Assembly: GCF_964355755.1 (NCBI RefSeq)
Contig: NC_092676.1
Coordinates: 10,765,888-10,829,887 of the forward strand
Direction: 5' to 3'
DNA: 64,000 bases
Source: Antedon mediterranea
Taxonomy: Eukaryota > Animalia > Echinodermata
The position numbers were made by a program, and so were the translations under genes. Of this stretch, positions 25,595 through 37,059 are shown in pieces. The notes under the pieces are model-generated. The model saw only the letters and a program-made list of their open reading frames with translations. It did not search any database and was not told the origin of the DNA. Position 1 is the stretch's first letter; the number at the start of each line of letters is the position of its first letter.

Positions 25595-28500
25595 GTATGA
25601 AAATAAGTCCGCGAAAGATAGTAAATTTAAAGCATCCTAGGCTTTTATTAGGCCTAGGCTAGGCCTAGCTAACTTTCGCGCTAGCTCTAGCCTAGCCTAG
25701 GCATAGCTAGGCTAGTAGTTACTATATAGGCCTACAGTAGGGCCTAGCTAAGCCTACTATCTAGTGGTAGGCTAGTAAACTAGGCCGTCCATATTTTTTA
25801 TAGACTGTAGATGGAGGATCGATGATGGTGGGAGGATTATTACATCAGCATGATCTTCTCTATTCATTTTTTTGACATTTCAACATCGTCAGTGTGTGTG
25901 GGATGTATTGAATGGAGGAAGAAAGGGGTTCTTCTAACACAGTACTAAACACCACCAGATACCACCCAGTCAGTCTAATTACCAAAAACAACCGGCCAAT
26001 AACAAACCGAAAACAAAATTAAAAAATCTAAATACCGAAAACAAACTTGTATAATTTGTTTAATGTCGCCCTCTACTGATGGTGTTTCTAAAGCTAAGAC
26101 AGAAGGAAGACCGCACTCGCAAAAGCTAAGGAAGACCCTACAAAATGGTAGTGTGCACAAAATACAAATAAAAATCGTACAAACTCAATGATAACACCGT
26201 ACATTTATACTTACAGAATCTGTAAACATATATTTTGATTTTAGTATAGGAATTATCTTCTTTCATTCAGTATTTAAATAAGTATTAAAATCACTGATAT
26301 GGCTTGAAGGGTGCAGGTCAAGTCGGCCCCAAACCGTCTCGGCCAAAGTCAAGTCGGCCCCACGTCAACTCGGCCCCAAGTCAACTCGGCCCCAAGTCAA
26401 CTCGGCCTCACGTCAACTCGGCCTCACGTCAACTCGGCCAAAAACTAATCGGTCAACTCGGCCACAATAAAGTATGGAACGCAAAAAGTGCTTAATATTA
26501 TTATGATTCTTACTATCCACGCTTTAAAAAAAATGAAGAAATAAAAAATATAATATAATTAAATAATATCATATAAAAAAAATGAACTCATTGCCGATAT
26601 GAATAGAAGTACTGTACCAGCGTGTTACAAAAACATGTGCAGGTACCGCATTTTAGTAAATCGAAGACGGAGGTCTACGTTCCACCATTTGGCCATAGAA
26701 AAAATGATTGTACATCCTTTTTGTCCATGATTTGCGTTTTTAAAAAAGGGGAATCAGCGAAAACACGTAGCAGTTGTAGATATCGAAAAAGCTGCCAAAC
26801 TCGCAGGGAGGCTCAGCTACAAATTGTTTTCAATTGTGCAATTTGAAATTTTATTAAACGTAAATAAAGGAAAGTTGGTGAAATCATTCCTATTTTTTTT
26901 GCTAAATATATTATCTATATATAAATTATGGTTAAATCAGACATAGGCGAGCACAATGCAAAAACTTCGGTACAAATCTCCGCCTTGGATACCTACCTTA
27001 TCTATCTCAGATGCACCGCGAAACGTAGATTTGATAACATTAGTTTTCACATCGACGCTATTGTTCCATATTTCTATCTTAGGAAGATATTATAAAGAGT
27101 TTTTTAACACAATTTATGATTTCAACAGTAGATTTTCTACTCAATTTCAATTCTTCGCAGGTCAAAGTAATTTCCTGGTTCACCTTGCAACAACCTGGTT
27201 TCAACTATTTTCTCTCTTTTATACACAAGGGAGCAGTTAAAATTTTAGATTTGACCCTAAAGGTGACTGGAAACAGGCACTTTCCATCAATCAATACAGT
27301 GTCCCTTTGGAAGAAGGAAGAAAAAAACCGATAGTAGGACTGGAGCTTAGTTGCATAGCCATTTCAGTTTTTTGTTTATTTTAGGAACGGACCGCGCATG
27401 TGTGAAGGTACAGTAGTTAAAAAATAAAAATTATACTGCAAATTAATAAAGATCAAATTAAATATACGCCATAAAGAATCGGAATATATTGTGGGAAATA
27501 GTATTATAAAATTACATAGGGAGATTTGATGATAAGACATTTTGTTTAAAATCGAGTGAAATCCCGATAGTTGATTGAGTAAGTTGGCAGGAATAACTGT
27601 AGGCTATCTGTGTCCCGTTAGGACCGAGATGTCTGCCCATATTGCAAGCCGTAATGTCTTCTTTCTTGGGCCCACTCTGTGACGGCAGTTAGTTTCAAAA
27701 GATGTTTAAATTAAATAATGTATTAATAATTATTAGGATGGTATTTATTTGAATAAACGCCTCTCCAATAAAACATCACTTTGAATAATAATCATTATAC
27801 TATTTGTAGTAGAATTCATCGCACTGTTATCTACAATTTACCAAGCATTTGTTATTCTTTTTTACCACTTTTCATATCTATTATTAGAGGATTTCATTTG
27901 ATTATAAATGTTACCATTATTATTAAAACTTAAAAAATTAACATATATCCCTCGAATAAGCACCTCCCTCCAATGAACTCCGCCTCCCAAAAGGGCCCTA
28001 CCAAACAATAAACACTATACTTTAAAATGTTATTAATCATCTAAAATAAAACACTGTGAAACAGAGTAGTTTAGTTTTACGAATGTCAAGCATTTTCAAT
28101 AATGGTAACCGACAGAAAACGTACAAGGAGAACATTTTTATCATTCCGAGAACCATCGTCTACACTTCCTAGAGGGGGAGTGAGCGAAGCGAGCTCACCC
28201 TCTAGTTGTCTAAATATTAATATTCATTAAAAATCAGAATTATTCATAGTTAAAAAATTGTGAAGAAATATTATTTTATCAATCCCCTTCATTTGCACTT
28301 TTTGCGTTCCATACTTTAATGGGGCCGAGTTGACCGATTATTTTTTGGCCGAGTTGACGTGAGGCCGAGTTGACGTGAGGCCGAGTTGACTTGAGGCCGA
28401 GTTGACGAGGCCGAGTTGACTTGGGGCCGAGTTGACTTGGGGCCGACTTGACTTTGGCCGAGACGGTTTAGGGCCGACTTTTTTTTTCTTTTGCATTACG

Positions 28501-31500
28501 GATGGAGTAACCGATATTGAACTTATACCAAGTTTGAAGCACAGTGTATTAACATACAAACATTTTATTTGAATTAAAAAAATTACTCTTCGATTTACAG
28601 AAAAAAGATGTACTGTATTCCTAACCGTTTTTTTTTTGTTTTTGTCAAAATCATTAAAGTTTAAAAAAATGTGTCGGAATTGTATTTAACTTACTGTAAA
28701 CAAACGCAAGTTATTAAAATCACTGATTTTACTTGAAACTAATTTTTCTTTTGTATTACGGATGGACTATTAAACCATTATTGAACTTACAGTAATACAA
28801 GTTTGAAAAATTTTTAATTTCAGAAGTATTTTTTCTGAATGTTTTTGTAATTGTATGTGACTATTTCGCTGTGCTCAACTGGAACCAAATCGGAGCACAG
28901 TGTATTAACATACAAACGCTGTTTTCCCCTGGTGCCAAATTGGAGCACAGTGTATTAACATACAAACACTGTTCTCCCCTGGTGCCAAATTCAGCTTTGA
29001 GTTTGCTTGCTTTGGAGACAAGTCTATTCCGTACTCCTGCTTTATTTTTTTAGAAATGTTTTTATAAATGTGGTTGTCCCTTTTATTACCTTTTAGTTGG
29101 CCGGACATTTTAGCTTCTTCCCCACACAGATTTATTAATATAGTAAATACTGTGACGTCTTCGCTCCACATTTTCGCCAAATATATCTATAAACATGTGT
29201 AAAACAGCTGACAGCGACAGAAAATAAAAACACGATGTTGACCTCATGTCGCAGGTAAAAAAAATACGGTATTTTTTATTGGCAGCAGAAAAGGGTACAA
29301 AAAATATGGTATATTTTGTAAATACCGTATTTTATCCACAAATTTTGTGGGAAAAATACGGTATACAAAATACGGTATTTTTTTTATGAGCTCAGTTTCT
29401 GCTGCCAAAAAAATACGGTATACTGACGGTATTAAAAAAATACCTTATAAAATACAGTATTTTCTTGGCAGCAGAAACAGGGCCTAAATAATATTACTTT
29501 ATTATACTAAACACTGAACAGACTCAATTTCTGTCACTTTAGTTTATTTTATTGCTAAGGTCAAGTCTGGGGGTCACTTTATCAAGCCTAGATGCTTCAA
29601 GTGTCAACAATATAATATGGACTGTTTTGATAATAATTCAATGATTATCTGACAGTGAATTACAGTATTATAATATCGATCTAGATTTACAGTCAAATGA
29701 AACTCATTGTAAATACCAGAAATAATCCATTAAAGTTTTTGTTTGTAATAGGATACTTCACACTTGACTACTAAATTTACAAACCCCAAAGCACGTCTGA
29801 GAGAAGAGAGTCTATGAAAAAATTTGCTGATAATACAGTATACAGTAGATGCATGTAGACAATAATCTGTAAAATCTTGTTCAATAAATAATGATAATTA
29901 TTCAACGATTATCTGACAGCGAATTACAGTATTATAATATTAGTCTAGATTGACAGTCAAATGGGACTCATTGTAAATACCAGAAATGCTTTGGGATTTG
30001 TAATTTTAGGATGACCTGTCCTACTGTAGTTTACAAAAAACCAAAAACATCGGCCCCTAGAACCATAACTGCTGCTTGCTTTCAGCTTCTGAATGAGTAG
30101 TCCTCTTGGGACGTAGCTGGCTAAAGCAGCAACTTGAAAAATATATTATAGATATTTATTATTACTAAAAGTTATTGATAAAGTGTCATGTTTTAATTTG
30201 ATTGTGTTTTGGTCGTAATTATTGTATTTTGTAGCTAGCTATGCTTTTGATGAGTACAGTTTTAGAAATTGCATTGCCGCCATAGTTTAACCACCGGCGG
30301 ATGAACATCTAAAAAAAATTCCCTCTAGGCAACTGAAAAAATAAAGAAAATAGCGAGTAAAGCCACCCACACTAGGTTGTATTGTAGAATATAATTATAA
30401 GTAAAGTAAAGAAGGTCTGGAAAAAATGTATATTAGTGAACCTAAAAACAGCAAGAATAAAATAAAATGCAACCGATGTTACCAAAATCAATTGTTTTTT
30501 TCATAATTACTGAAACTTAACAGAATTTATCTGTCATGAAGTGGTGAATCTGCACGTCATTACGCTTGATCCATGATGAAGGTCTATGACAAAAAAAGTC
30601 AAGACAATTGTATTGCACCATCTCCATCTTGCAGTAAAGTGATAAGAATAGGCTATGTATGCCCATGTATCCATCTGTTCTTTATTATCTATTAAATGTG
30701 CCTCTCTTATTAATGTACACCCTAAAACAATATTAATAAAATCACTGTTGCATCTGTTTCTCACTCATGTTGCATATGTGTACAATCATAATTATAAAAC
30801 AATCACTGCAAAGTCTGAGTTAAATGTTTCATTATTTTGTTTTAGGCTTCAAGTAATGAAAATGCAAGTTCTCTTTTTAAAACAAACCAAAGTGACGATA
30901 CAGTTCTTATAAAAGAGGAGTTGCTTGATGCATCTACTTGTGGTTTCCAAGGGGGAAATAACAACAGAAAGATCACACACATGCATACTGACGAAATGAA
31001 TCAGTCCACCGAAAAAGCATTTGCAAGCAATCAGGCACAAGTTTTGCCAACATGCTCACTACCAAACCAATCAATGTTGAACACATCACAGACACGGCGA
31101 GATATGTTCCAAGCTAGTGGATGCTTAACACAGCATTCTAGCAATGGTTTAGCACAGCAAGGAAATAGCCCTTTTAATATTAGTATACTACCACCTATAT
31201 CAAGTATTTCAAGTAGTGTTCTAGGTCCAAGTCAATGCCAAACTAGTACTGTTAGTAGCATTGCAGGCTATGGTGATAGCCAGGTTCCAGGCTATGCAAG
31301 AAAATCCTTAAGCCGGTTTAATAATGTAAGGCCATCATTTATTTAGATTATAAATTTTTTTTTAATGTTTGACAATAAAACTGCGATTGAATCAAGCAAA
31401 CCTCTGCAAAATATCAACAAATTTTTATCCAAAGTTCATGTTAAATCACCACATAAAACTTTAATAATTATACTTGTCGTGTTTGAAAAAACCACTCGGA

Positions 31501-34500
31501 CAAGTAACACCCGGACAATTACCCCTGGACAATTATCCCCCCGAACAATCACCCTTCTAGGACAACTACTCCCCGGACAACTACCCTCTTAGGACAACTA
31601 CCCCCTAGGATAATTCCCCCTCTAGGACAACTACCCCCTAGGACAACTACCCCCTAGGACAAATACCCTTTAGGACAATTTTTCAAATTTTCTAATTGAA
31701 TCAATTAATTAATATTGTAGGCTTTTTTAAAATCTAAAGTAAAATTAGGATAGGAGGTTCTTTGCTGTAGAATACGAATTGGAATAAAATAAGTAGAAAT
31801 GTTCAAGTTAGACATAAACACATCATCGGTATATTTATTCTTTAGGTCCTAAACACGTTTATTGTCCTATTTTCTCAGGGATGGGATAACATTAAAAAAA
31901 ACAATTTAAGTTCTTCTATGAAATAGTAACAGCCAAACTTGCAGTAAACGTATAAATGTCATTAAACAAACAGCATGACATAAGCTCTTGCGACGTTAAA
32001 ACATTGTTTTGGTAAAAGAAAAGCGAGAAAAAAAGCAGGCCAATTTTATCGATAGTAAGAGGCTGTAAAAATACTTTTTTTTACCTCCGCCAAGGAGGTA
32101 TATGTAATCGGTAGCGTGTGTTTGTTCGTTTGTTAGCAGGACTACTCAAAAAGTAATTACAAGATCTTTACCAAAATGAATATACATATAGATATGTGGT
32201 CAAGGACCATTCCATTAAATTTTGGGACCATGGTCCCAATTCTGGACCATTTTTTTAGTATACTTTTCAGACCTGCTAGTGTTAAAAGATAGGACAGAAT
32301 TTTTCAAAAGCCGACGAGCAGTCTTAAAGTAACAAGTAAACTGAAATTGCATTTTCTTGAGAACTACTTGTCCAAAAAACCTTATTTTTGTGCAAGAGGC
32401 AAGAGTTATAATTTGTGATTCGTAATTTTAAAACATAATTTGATTTAATGTGCATGTTTTTTGATGCGAGTTTCAAAATTCCAAATTCACTCGTTTGATT
32501 TTCGCGTTGCTGTTCATAGTCAACTAAAGCTATTGTTAATTGAAAGGCTTGTTACATAACCATTTCACCAAACTCGCATACACATGCTTGTTGTAGTGAA
32601 ATTAGCCTACATCACAAACAGCATTAAGACACAAACAAATATATATATATATTTTTTACCGGAGAAATCTTATGTAGGAGAATTTTACAGTAGGCGGAGG
32701 ATATGCACTCTCGGAGTGGCTTTCTAGTTTATATATGATTTTCAATTGACTGGTGCAGCAACCTGTGTTCCTAGATTTCTATATGGCATCTTTATGTCAT
32801 GCAAGAATAAAATAAGCCTACGCTTTTTTTTGTCAAAATTGGAATACGTTTTAAGATAATTTGGAGCGTTTAATGTCAAATAACTGACGAATACACATAT
32901 TAAATTCATTTTTTTTATATTCATTCATTTAATATCAATCTCTCTCCCTATGTTTTAAAGTTCAGTGAGTTTTACAAGGTCATTATCAAAGTGTAATGTA
33001 ATTTATTATTAGAAAAAAGGAAAAATAAATTATTGATTTAAAAATAAAGGAAATTAAATAAAAAGCCTAAGGTTTAGGTATCATGAAATTAGTTAGAGGT
33101 TGTACTAGATGGTAGTTGTCCTGGAGGTAGTTATCTGAGGGTGTAGTTGTCCGAGGGGGTAGTTGTACAAGGGGGTAGTTGTCCGAGGGTGTATTTGTCC
33201 TAGGGTGTATTTATCCTAGGAGGTAGTTGTCCGAGGGGGTAGTTGTCCGAGGGGGTAGTTGTCCTAAATGCGGTAGTTGTCCTAAATGCGGTAGTTGTCC
33301 TAAATGCGGTAGTTGTCCTAAATGCGGTAGTTGTCCTAGAGGTGTAGTTGTCCGGGTCGGTAGTTGATTAGACATGACCCCTCTACACATATTTATTACT
33401 GATCTGAACACAAATTTTTAATCCATCAATCAATAGGCTCTAACAACTTTCTAAATTCCTTTTGAATATTCTTCTTTTTTATATTATATGTTATATTATA
33501 GAAACAGTTTATACATATGCAATATTCATTGCGAGATTTGAATAATTATATTCCCGATTTGTTTAAAGATTCAGATGAGATATTCTTTTACACCTGAGCA
33601 GAAAATGATACTTCACAAGCACTTTGAAAGTGGTATGACAGGCCAGAGTTTAGCCTTCCAGGGAAAGATAATGGAGTGTGCCCTTGAAGCTGGTGTCGAA
33701 TTTGACGTAGTTAGGGTAATGTATGGTCTTAGTGATTGTAAAGAAGACATTTTTATTAAGTAGAAAATACGGTAACTGAAACTAATCAATGTTCATGGAA
33801 TGACATAAAAAGCTAAATCTTTATTAAATGTTATAATTGTAATTAAAGAAATATAGGTTAAATTTGTCATAATTATATCTTTTCAATTTTAATTTTTTTT
33901 TGGCTTTCAATGATATTGATACAGAAGGTATCTATGTTCAAGGGTGAGAGCCAATTATCACGGTCAGGGGAGGTCTTTTAGCACTGAGAAAGTGCTTTAT
34001 GGGGCAAGGTTCAGGGAAGAGACCATACAAGGATCACTAATAAATAAGCAATACATGTTATTTTTATAGAACTGGATTGGTAACATGAGACGTAAGGAGA
34101 GAATGGCTGCAGCTCAACAAGCATACATGGAAAACAGAGCATCCACCTTAGCAGGTAACCCATCAATGGTGGCAACATCCATACCAGGAATGCCACCCCC
34201 GAAGGTACCTCGTATGGACATTCTACCACCACAGTCAATCTCCATGTTGCATCGGCCACCGACCGCAACATACCCCAACCAACCCGGAGTGGTACCACCT
34301 GCTTCCCAGATACGCCCAGTCGGTATGGTTCCGTTACACAGCTTGTCTGTTGTATCTGGATCATCCCAGCCTGAGAAAGCTTCTGTTACCCCTGGACAAC
34401 CTGGATGGCTTGGTGAAGGGTCAGTGAATGCGATGATGAATGACGCAAGAAATGGACACCAACCTTCGCATCCACCAGTTATGTCAGCAAATGATCAAAA

Positions 34501-37059
34501 GCAAATGCATGTACAAGCTGTTATAGAAGCCATCAAGAGTCATGTAAAGAAATTCTTTATTTAAATTCTAATTATTCTTCATTTTCGTTTTTTAGGTGGT
34601 GCAGGGTGAGTTTAACAGTTTTATACAGTGTTTATAAGACTAGTTACCATACATTACTCTGGCGACTGTGGATTATGTTACAGGCAACAATTGCTGCTCA
34701 ATTTGATAATGTTTGGTTCCTCCGATATGTTACCATTGGTTATATGGAATAGATTTGTATTTATATTTTGCGTTATCTAAAAATTCATTTTTCTAAAGGT
34801 CCCTTTGTATCTAGTGTTGCCACCAAATGGCAAGCATTGTCTGTCCACAATGACAGGGACTAAGATGGACCAGTACACTGGGATAATCCCCTCCTCTTCC
34901 AAAAGATGCGCTGGGGTCTTTAAAATGTGCATAAGCCAGATGTACACTGGACATCCATTTTTAAGTTCTTATCCAAGAAGACTTGTTCTACCACCAGATA
35001 CTTCAACTTGTGCTAATTCGATCTAAAATATAAGATTTATATTAAATTATTGGTTTAAGATTTTTTTTTGATTGAGACTTTGTTATACTAGGAAGTGTAG
35101 ACGATGGTTCTCGGAATGATAATGACTTGAGTAAAAAGGTTTTAGAAGAACGTTCTCCTTGTACGTTTTCTGTCGGTTGCCATTATTGAAAATGCTTGAC
35201 ATTCGTAAAACTAACCCTACTCTGTTTCACAGCGTTTTAGATGATTAATAACATTTTAAAGTATAGTGTTTATTGTTTGGTAGGGCTCTTATAGCCTACA
35301 GTTAATCCTGCCAGCTTACTCAATAAACTCGGCTATCAGGATTTTATATGCGATTTTAAACAAAATGCCTTATCATCAGATCTCCCTATGTAATTTTATA
35401 ATACTATTCCCCACAATATATTCCGATACTTTATGGCGTATATTTAATTTGATCTTTAGTAATTTGCAGTAGGCCTATAATTTTTATTTTTTAACTACTG
35501 TACCTTCACACGCGCGGTCCCTCCCGAAAATAAACAAAAATAACGGCTGACTTAGTTGAAACCAGGTTGTTGCAACCTCCCTGGTTGCAATGTGAACTCA
35601 TCGTGAACCCGGAAATTACTTCAACCCGCGTACAATTGAAATTTAGTTGAAAATCTACTAATTAAATTAGAAATTTTCTTTAAAAACTCTTTATAATATC
35701 TTCCTAAGATAGAAATATGGAACAATATCGTAATAGTGAAAACTAATGTTATCAAATTTACATTTCACGGTACATCTGAGATCAGGTAGGTATCCAAGGC
35801 AGAGATTTGTACAAAAGTTTTTCCATTGTGCTCTCCTATGTCAGAATTAACCATAATTTATATATAGATTGTCAGATGAGATTAAATTACATAGATTTTC
35901 TGTTTTATAATTATTTTTATTTTGTATTGAATATTTTCCAGATGCAAATACTACAAACTATGGGCTGTGAATGTGTTATGGCTGCTGTTACTCCGTTTGA
36001 AAACAAAGCCCTTATTGATAATCGAACACTAATCACTGGAACAACAAAGGGTGTACAGTATTTTGCTCAGATACAAAAAATACAGCCGTTTGCTGAGTTT
36101 GTTAAAGCAGAAGCTATGTTTGGCAGTGATGATGATGATCTGTCAATTGGAAATGAATCATTATCTGATGATTTTGACGATGTTAGTGTAAATTTACAAC
36201 AGCAACAACAACCGAAAACAATTACTGTAGATAGCAACAATGGTCAAACATCTTCAGATAGCAATGCATCAAATAGCAAGAGTAATGAAGAGAAAAAAAG
36301 TGCTAGTGTTTCATCAGAAGACACAGAGGTCAAATTGACCAATGGTCAAATTATTCATGCAGGTAAATAACTACTGACCACTATATAGAAGTCTAAGGTT
36401 TACAGGTTACAACATAGGCAGATCATAAGGAACATGGACCAATTTAACAATTTAGCTCAGATTAATTTTAAAATTGTTTAGACCATTGGATCTATCACTG
36501 CAACAAAATGTTAAAACCATATAACCTGCAAATCTCATCTCATAGCAGAAACATTGATGCATGCTCAAAAAAATCCATGGGAAATATTATTGCAGGTGTG
36601 CAAATTTCAGGGTGACATAAAAAATTATTCATCCTTGTTTTTTTTTGTTAAGACATAGATACTGAGATTGATATGGCGATATTTTCATTCTTTTCTGTAT
36701 CTATTATACTGACCTGCCATTGAGTGTACACATGTTAATGACCTTCAGTTCATGTTTGTAAGTAAGCTAAAAATCTGCTAATTAAAAGTTTCTGGCAAGA
36801 ACAGAACCCTGTTTTTATAACAAATTTTAAAATTGATAATAATATTAACTCCTCAATTACTATTTCATAAAATGTTTGTTTGCGAAACAAAGGCAAATCC
36901 AAGAGAAATACTGCATTGTAGCATAATATTTTTACCTCTTTTATTATTCCTACAGGTGAAGAAGTTCTTATAGTGACCAAGGATCATCATATTATTGGTA
37001 ATGGCTTCCTTTTACCATCTCCTCACAAAAAGATTAAATTGAAATCAGATGGCAATTGA
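25544..37059 (+). CDS. HDX: HDX-like homeodomain protein, 6 coding exons, about 556 aa
   Basis: Exons 25544-25594, 30846-31325, 33575-33715, 34070-34543, 35942-36362 and 36956-37059 join in frame (1671 nt). The spliced homeodomain MRYSFTPEQKMILHKHFESGMT.QS...CALEAGVEFDVVR|NWIGNMRRK resembles, from recall, human HDX HD1 (LRSVFTVEQQRILQRYYENGMTNQS...CAQETKLDFSVVRTWVGNKRRK). Confidence 0.78.
26320..28480. mobile_element. TIR element with 15-bp subterminal repeat arrays (GTCAACTCGGCC)
   Basis: 26320-26490 is inverted at 28296-28480. Confidence 0.8.
26914..28205 (+). mobile_element. Non-autonomous Helitron, copy 1
   Basis: A|TC 5' end; 3' GC-rich hairpin containing GCGAAGC, then CTAG|T. Confidence 0.7.
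28905..29484 (-). mobile_element. Harbinger remnant with Myb/SANT-like (trihelix) ORF fragment
   Basis: WSE...LINL.GEE...QL.GNKR.N.IY..IS..I....GI..S.KQ..SKL pattern; TIR GGCCCTGTTTCTGCTGCC ending at 29484 with TAA flank. Confidence 0.7.
30846..31325 (+). CDS. HDX-like exon 2 (Ser/Gln-rich)
   Basis: Polypyrimidine tract and TAG acceptor, open frame, GTAAG donor. Confidence 0.78.
31497..33367. mobile_element. TIR element with GGACAACTACCCCCT repeat arrays
   Basis: Array at 31497-31680 is inverted at 33110-33367; lies in HDX-like intron 2. Confidence 0.75.
32082..32728 (+). mobile_element. HINE/DINE-1-like element, copy 2
   Basis: Colinear with 7709-8348. Confidence 0.8.
33575..33715 (+). 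CDS. HDX-like exon 3 (homeodomain helices 1-2 and start of helix 3)
   Basis: RYSFTPEQ..IL motif; donor AGG|GTAATG; alternative in-frame exon start at 33569. Confidence 0.85.
34070..34543 (+). CDS. HDX-like exon 4 (NWIGNMRRK plus Pro/Met-rich region)
   Basis: TAG acceptor at 34069; recognition-helix W-x-x-N-x-R; donor at 34544. Confidence 0.85.
34850..34998 (-). mobile_element. Partial Deu-type SINE
   Basis: Reverse complement aligns with 61362-61490. Confidence 0.65.
35088..35868 (-). mobile_element. Non-autonomous Helitron, copy 2 (inverted, internally shorter)
   Basis: Reverse complement matches 26914-28172 at both ends; A|TC and CTAG|T junctions. Confidence 0.75.
35942..36362 (+). CDS. 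HDX-like exon 5 (acidic/Ser-rich)
   Basis: TTTTCCAG acceptor; ORF 35807-36370; G|GTAAAT donor. Confidence 0.8.
36956..37059 (+). CDS. HDX-like last coding exon (GEEVLIVTKD...KKIKLKSDGN*)
   Basis: CAG acceptor at 36955; phase 1 fits; TGA stop. Confidence 0.75.

Noticed and set aside
26304-28559. ORFs 26304-26495 and 28338-28559 as paralogous proteins
   Set aside because: They are translations of the 15-bp repeat arrays in inverted transposon arms.
34011-34364. 117-aa minus-strand ORF
   Set aside because: Antisense shadow of the GC-richer homeobox exon 4.
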